Positions 63,812-64,000 of a stretch of DNA of 64,000 bases are shown here, piece after piece. The notes below the pieces were generated by a model. The model was not told where the DNA came from. It saw nothing but the letters and a program-made list of their open reading frames with translations, and ran no database searches. Each line of letters starts with the position of its first letter. Positions within the stretch are counted from its first letter, which is position 1. The stretch comes from Neolecta irregularis DAH-3 (taxonomy: Eukaryota). The position numbers and the translations under genes are program-made. The stretch spans positions 1 to 64,000 of the forward strand of contig LXFE01000157.1 in assembly GCA_001929475.1 (NCBI GenBank). The letters are read 5' to 3'.

Positions 63812-64000
63812 AGATGGAGGAGGGAGGTGGGAGGTGATGGATTGATGGAGGTGATGGATTGATGGAGGTGATGGATGGATGGATGGAGGATGAAGTGGAT
63901 GGAGGATGGAGGATGGAGGATGGAGGATGGAGGATGGAGGATGGAGGACAAAGTGTGGAGGATGGAGGTTGGAGATGGATGAAGTGGAGGAGGCAGATGG
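63812..64000. repeat. Purine-rich (GGAGGAT)n/(GGAT)n microsatellite upstream of the SHE10-like gene
   Basis: At least 6 perfect GGAGGAT units around 63902-63945 within a G/A-rich tract that runs off the window end. Confidence 0.93.

Noticed and set aside
62965-63951. 200-330 aa ORFs in alternative frames and on the + strand
   Set aside because: These are stop-poor shadows of the GC-rich 5' exons of the SHE10-like gene.

Overview
This is a gene-dense, intron-rich fungal window with very short (about 30-45 nt) introns and degenerate splice signals. It resembles a compact early-diverging ascomycete (Taphrinomycotina-like); that assignment is inference. About 27 protein genes were reconstructed by hand-splicing: two convergent FMO paralogs, PFD3, ISA2, RPL7, POL1, CWC21, a KAR3-like kinesin-14, ACC1, histone H4, TAZ1, a fuconate/galactonate dehydratase, AAR2, a TFIIS-central-domain-only protein, RPS14, a coiled-coil hypothetical protein, an LRR protein, MCM2, an alpha/beta hydrolase, an FMN-less diflavin reductase, a RING/RS protein, an ECM11-like protein, an AIM3/BBC1-like protein with an embedded thioredoxin domain, UBP12, MRPL31 and a SHE10-like protein. 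Also present are an intron-containing tRNA-Gly(GCC), an intronic C/D snoRNA, a kynureninase pseudogene, a hAT-type MITE with an 8-bp TSD, a Tourist-like MITE with a TAA TSD, a gypsy integrase relic, and a GC-rich inverted-repeat element carrying a captured zinc-transporter fragment. The most notable observations are the thioredoxin(WCRYC)-cysteine-protease-fold fusion, the Pack-type element, the excess of non-canonical splice sites, the stand-alone TFIIS domain II gene and the decay of kynureninase.
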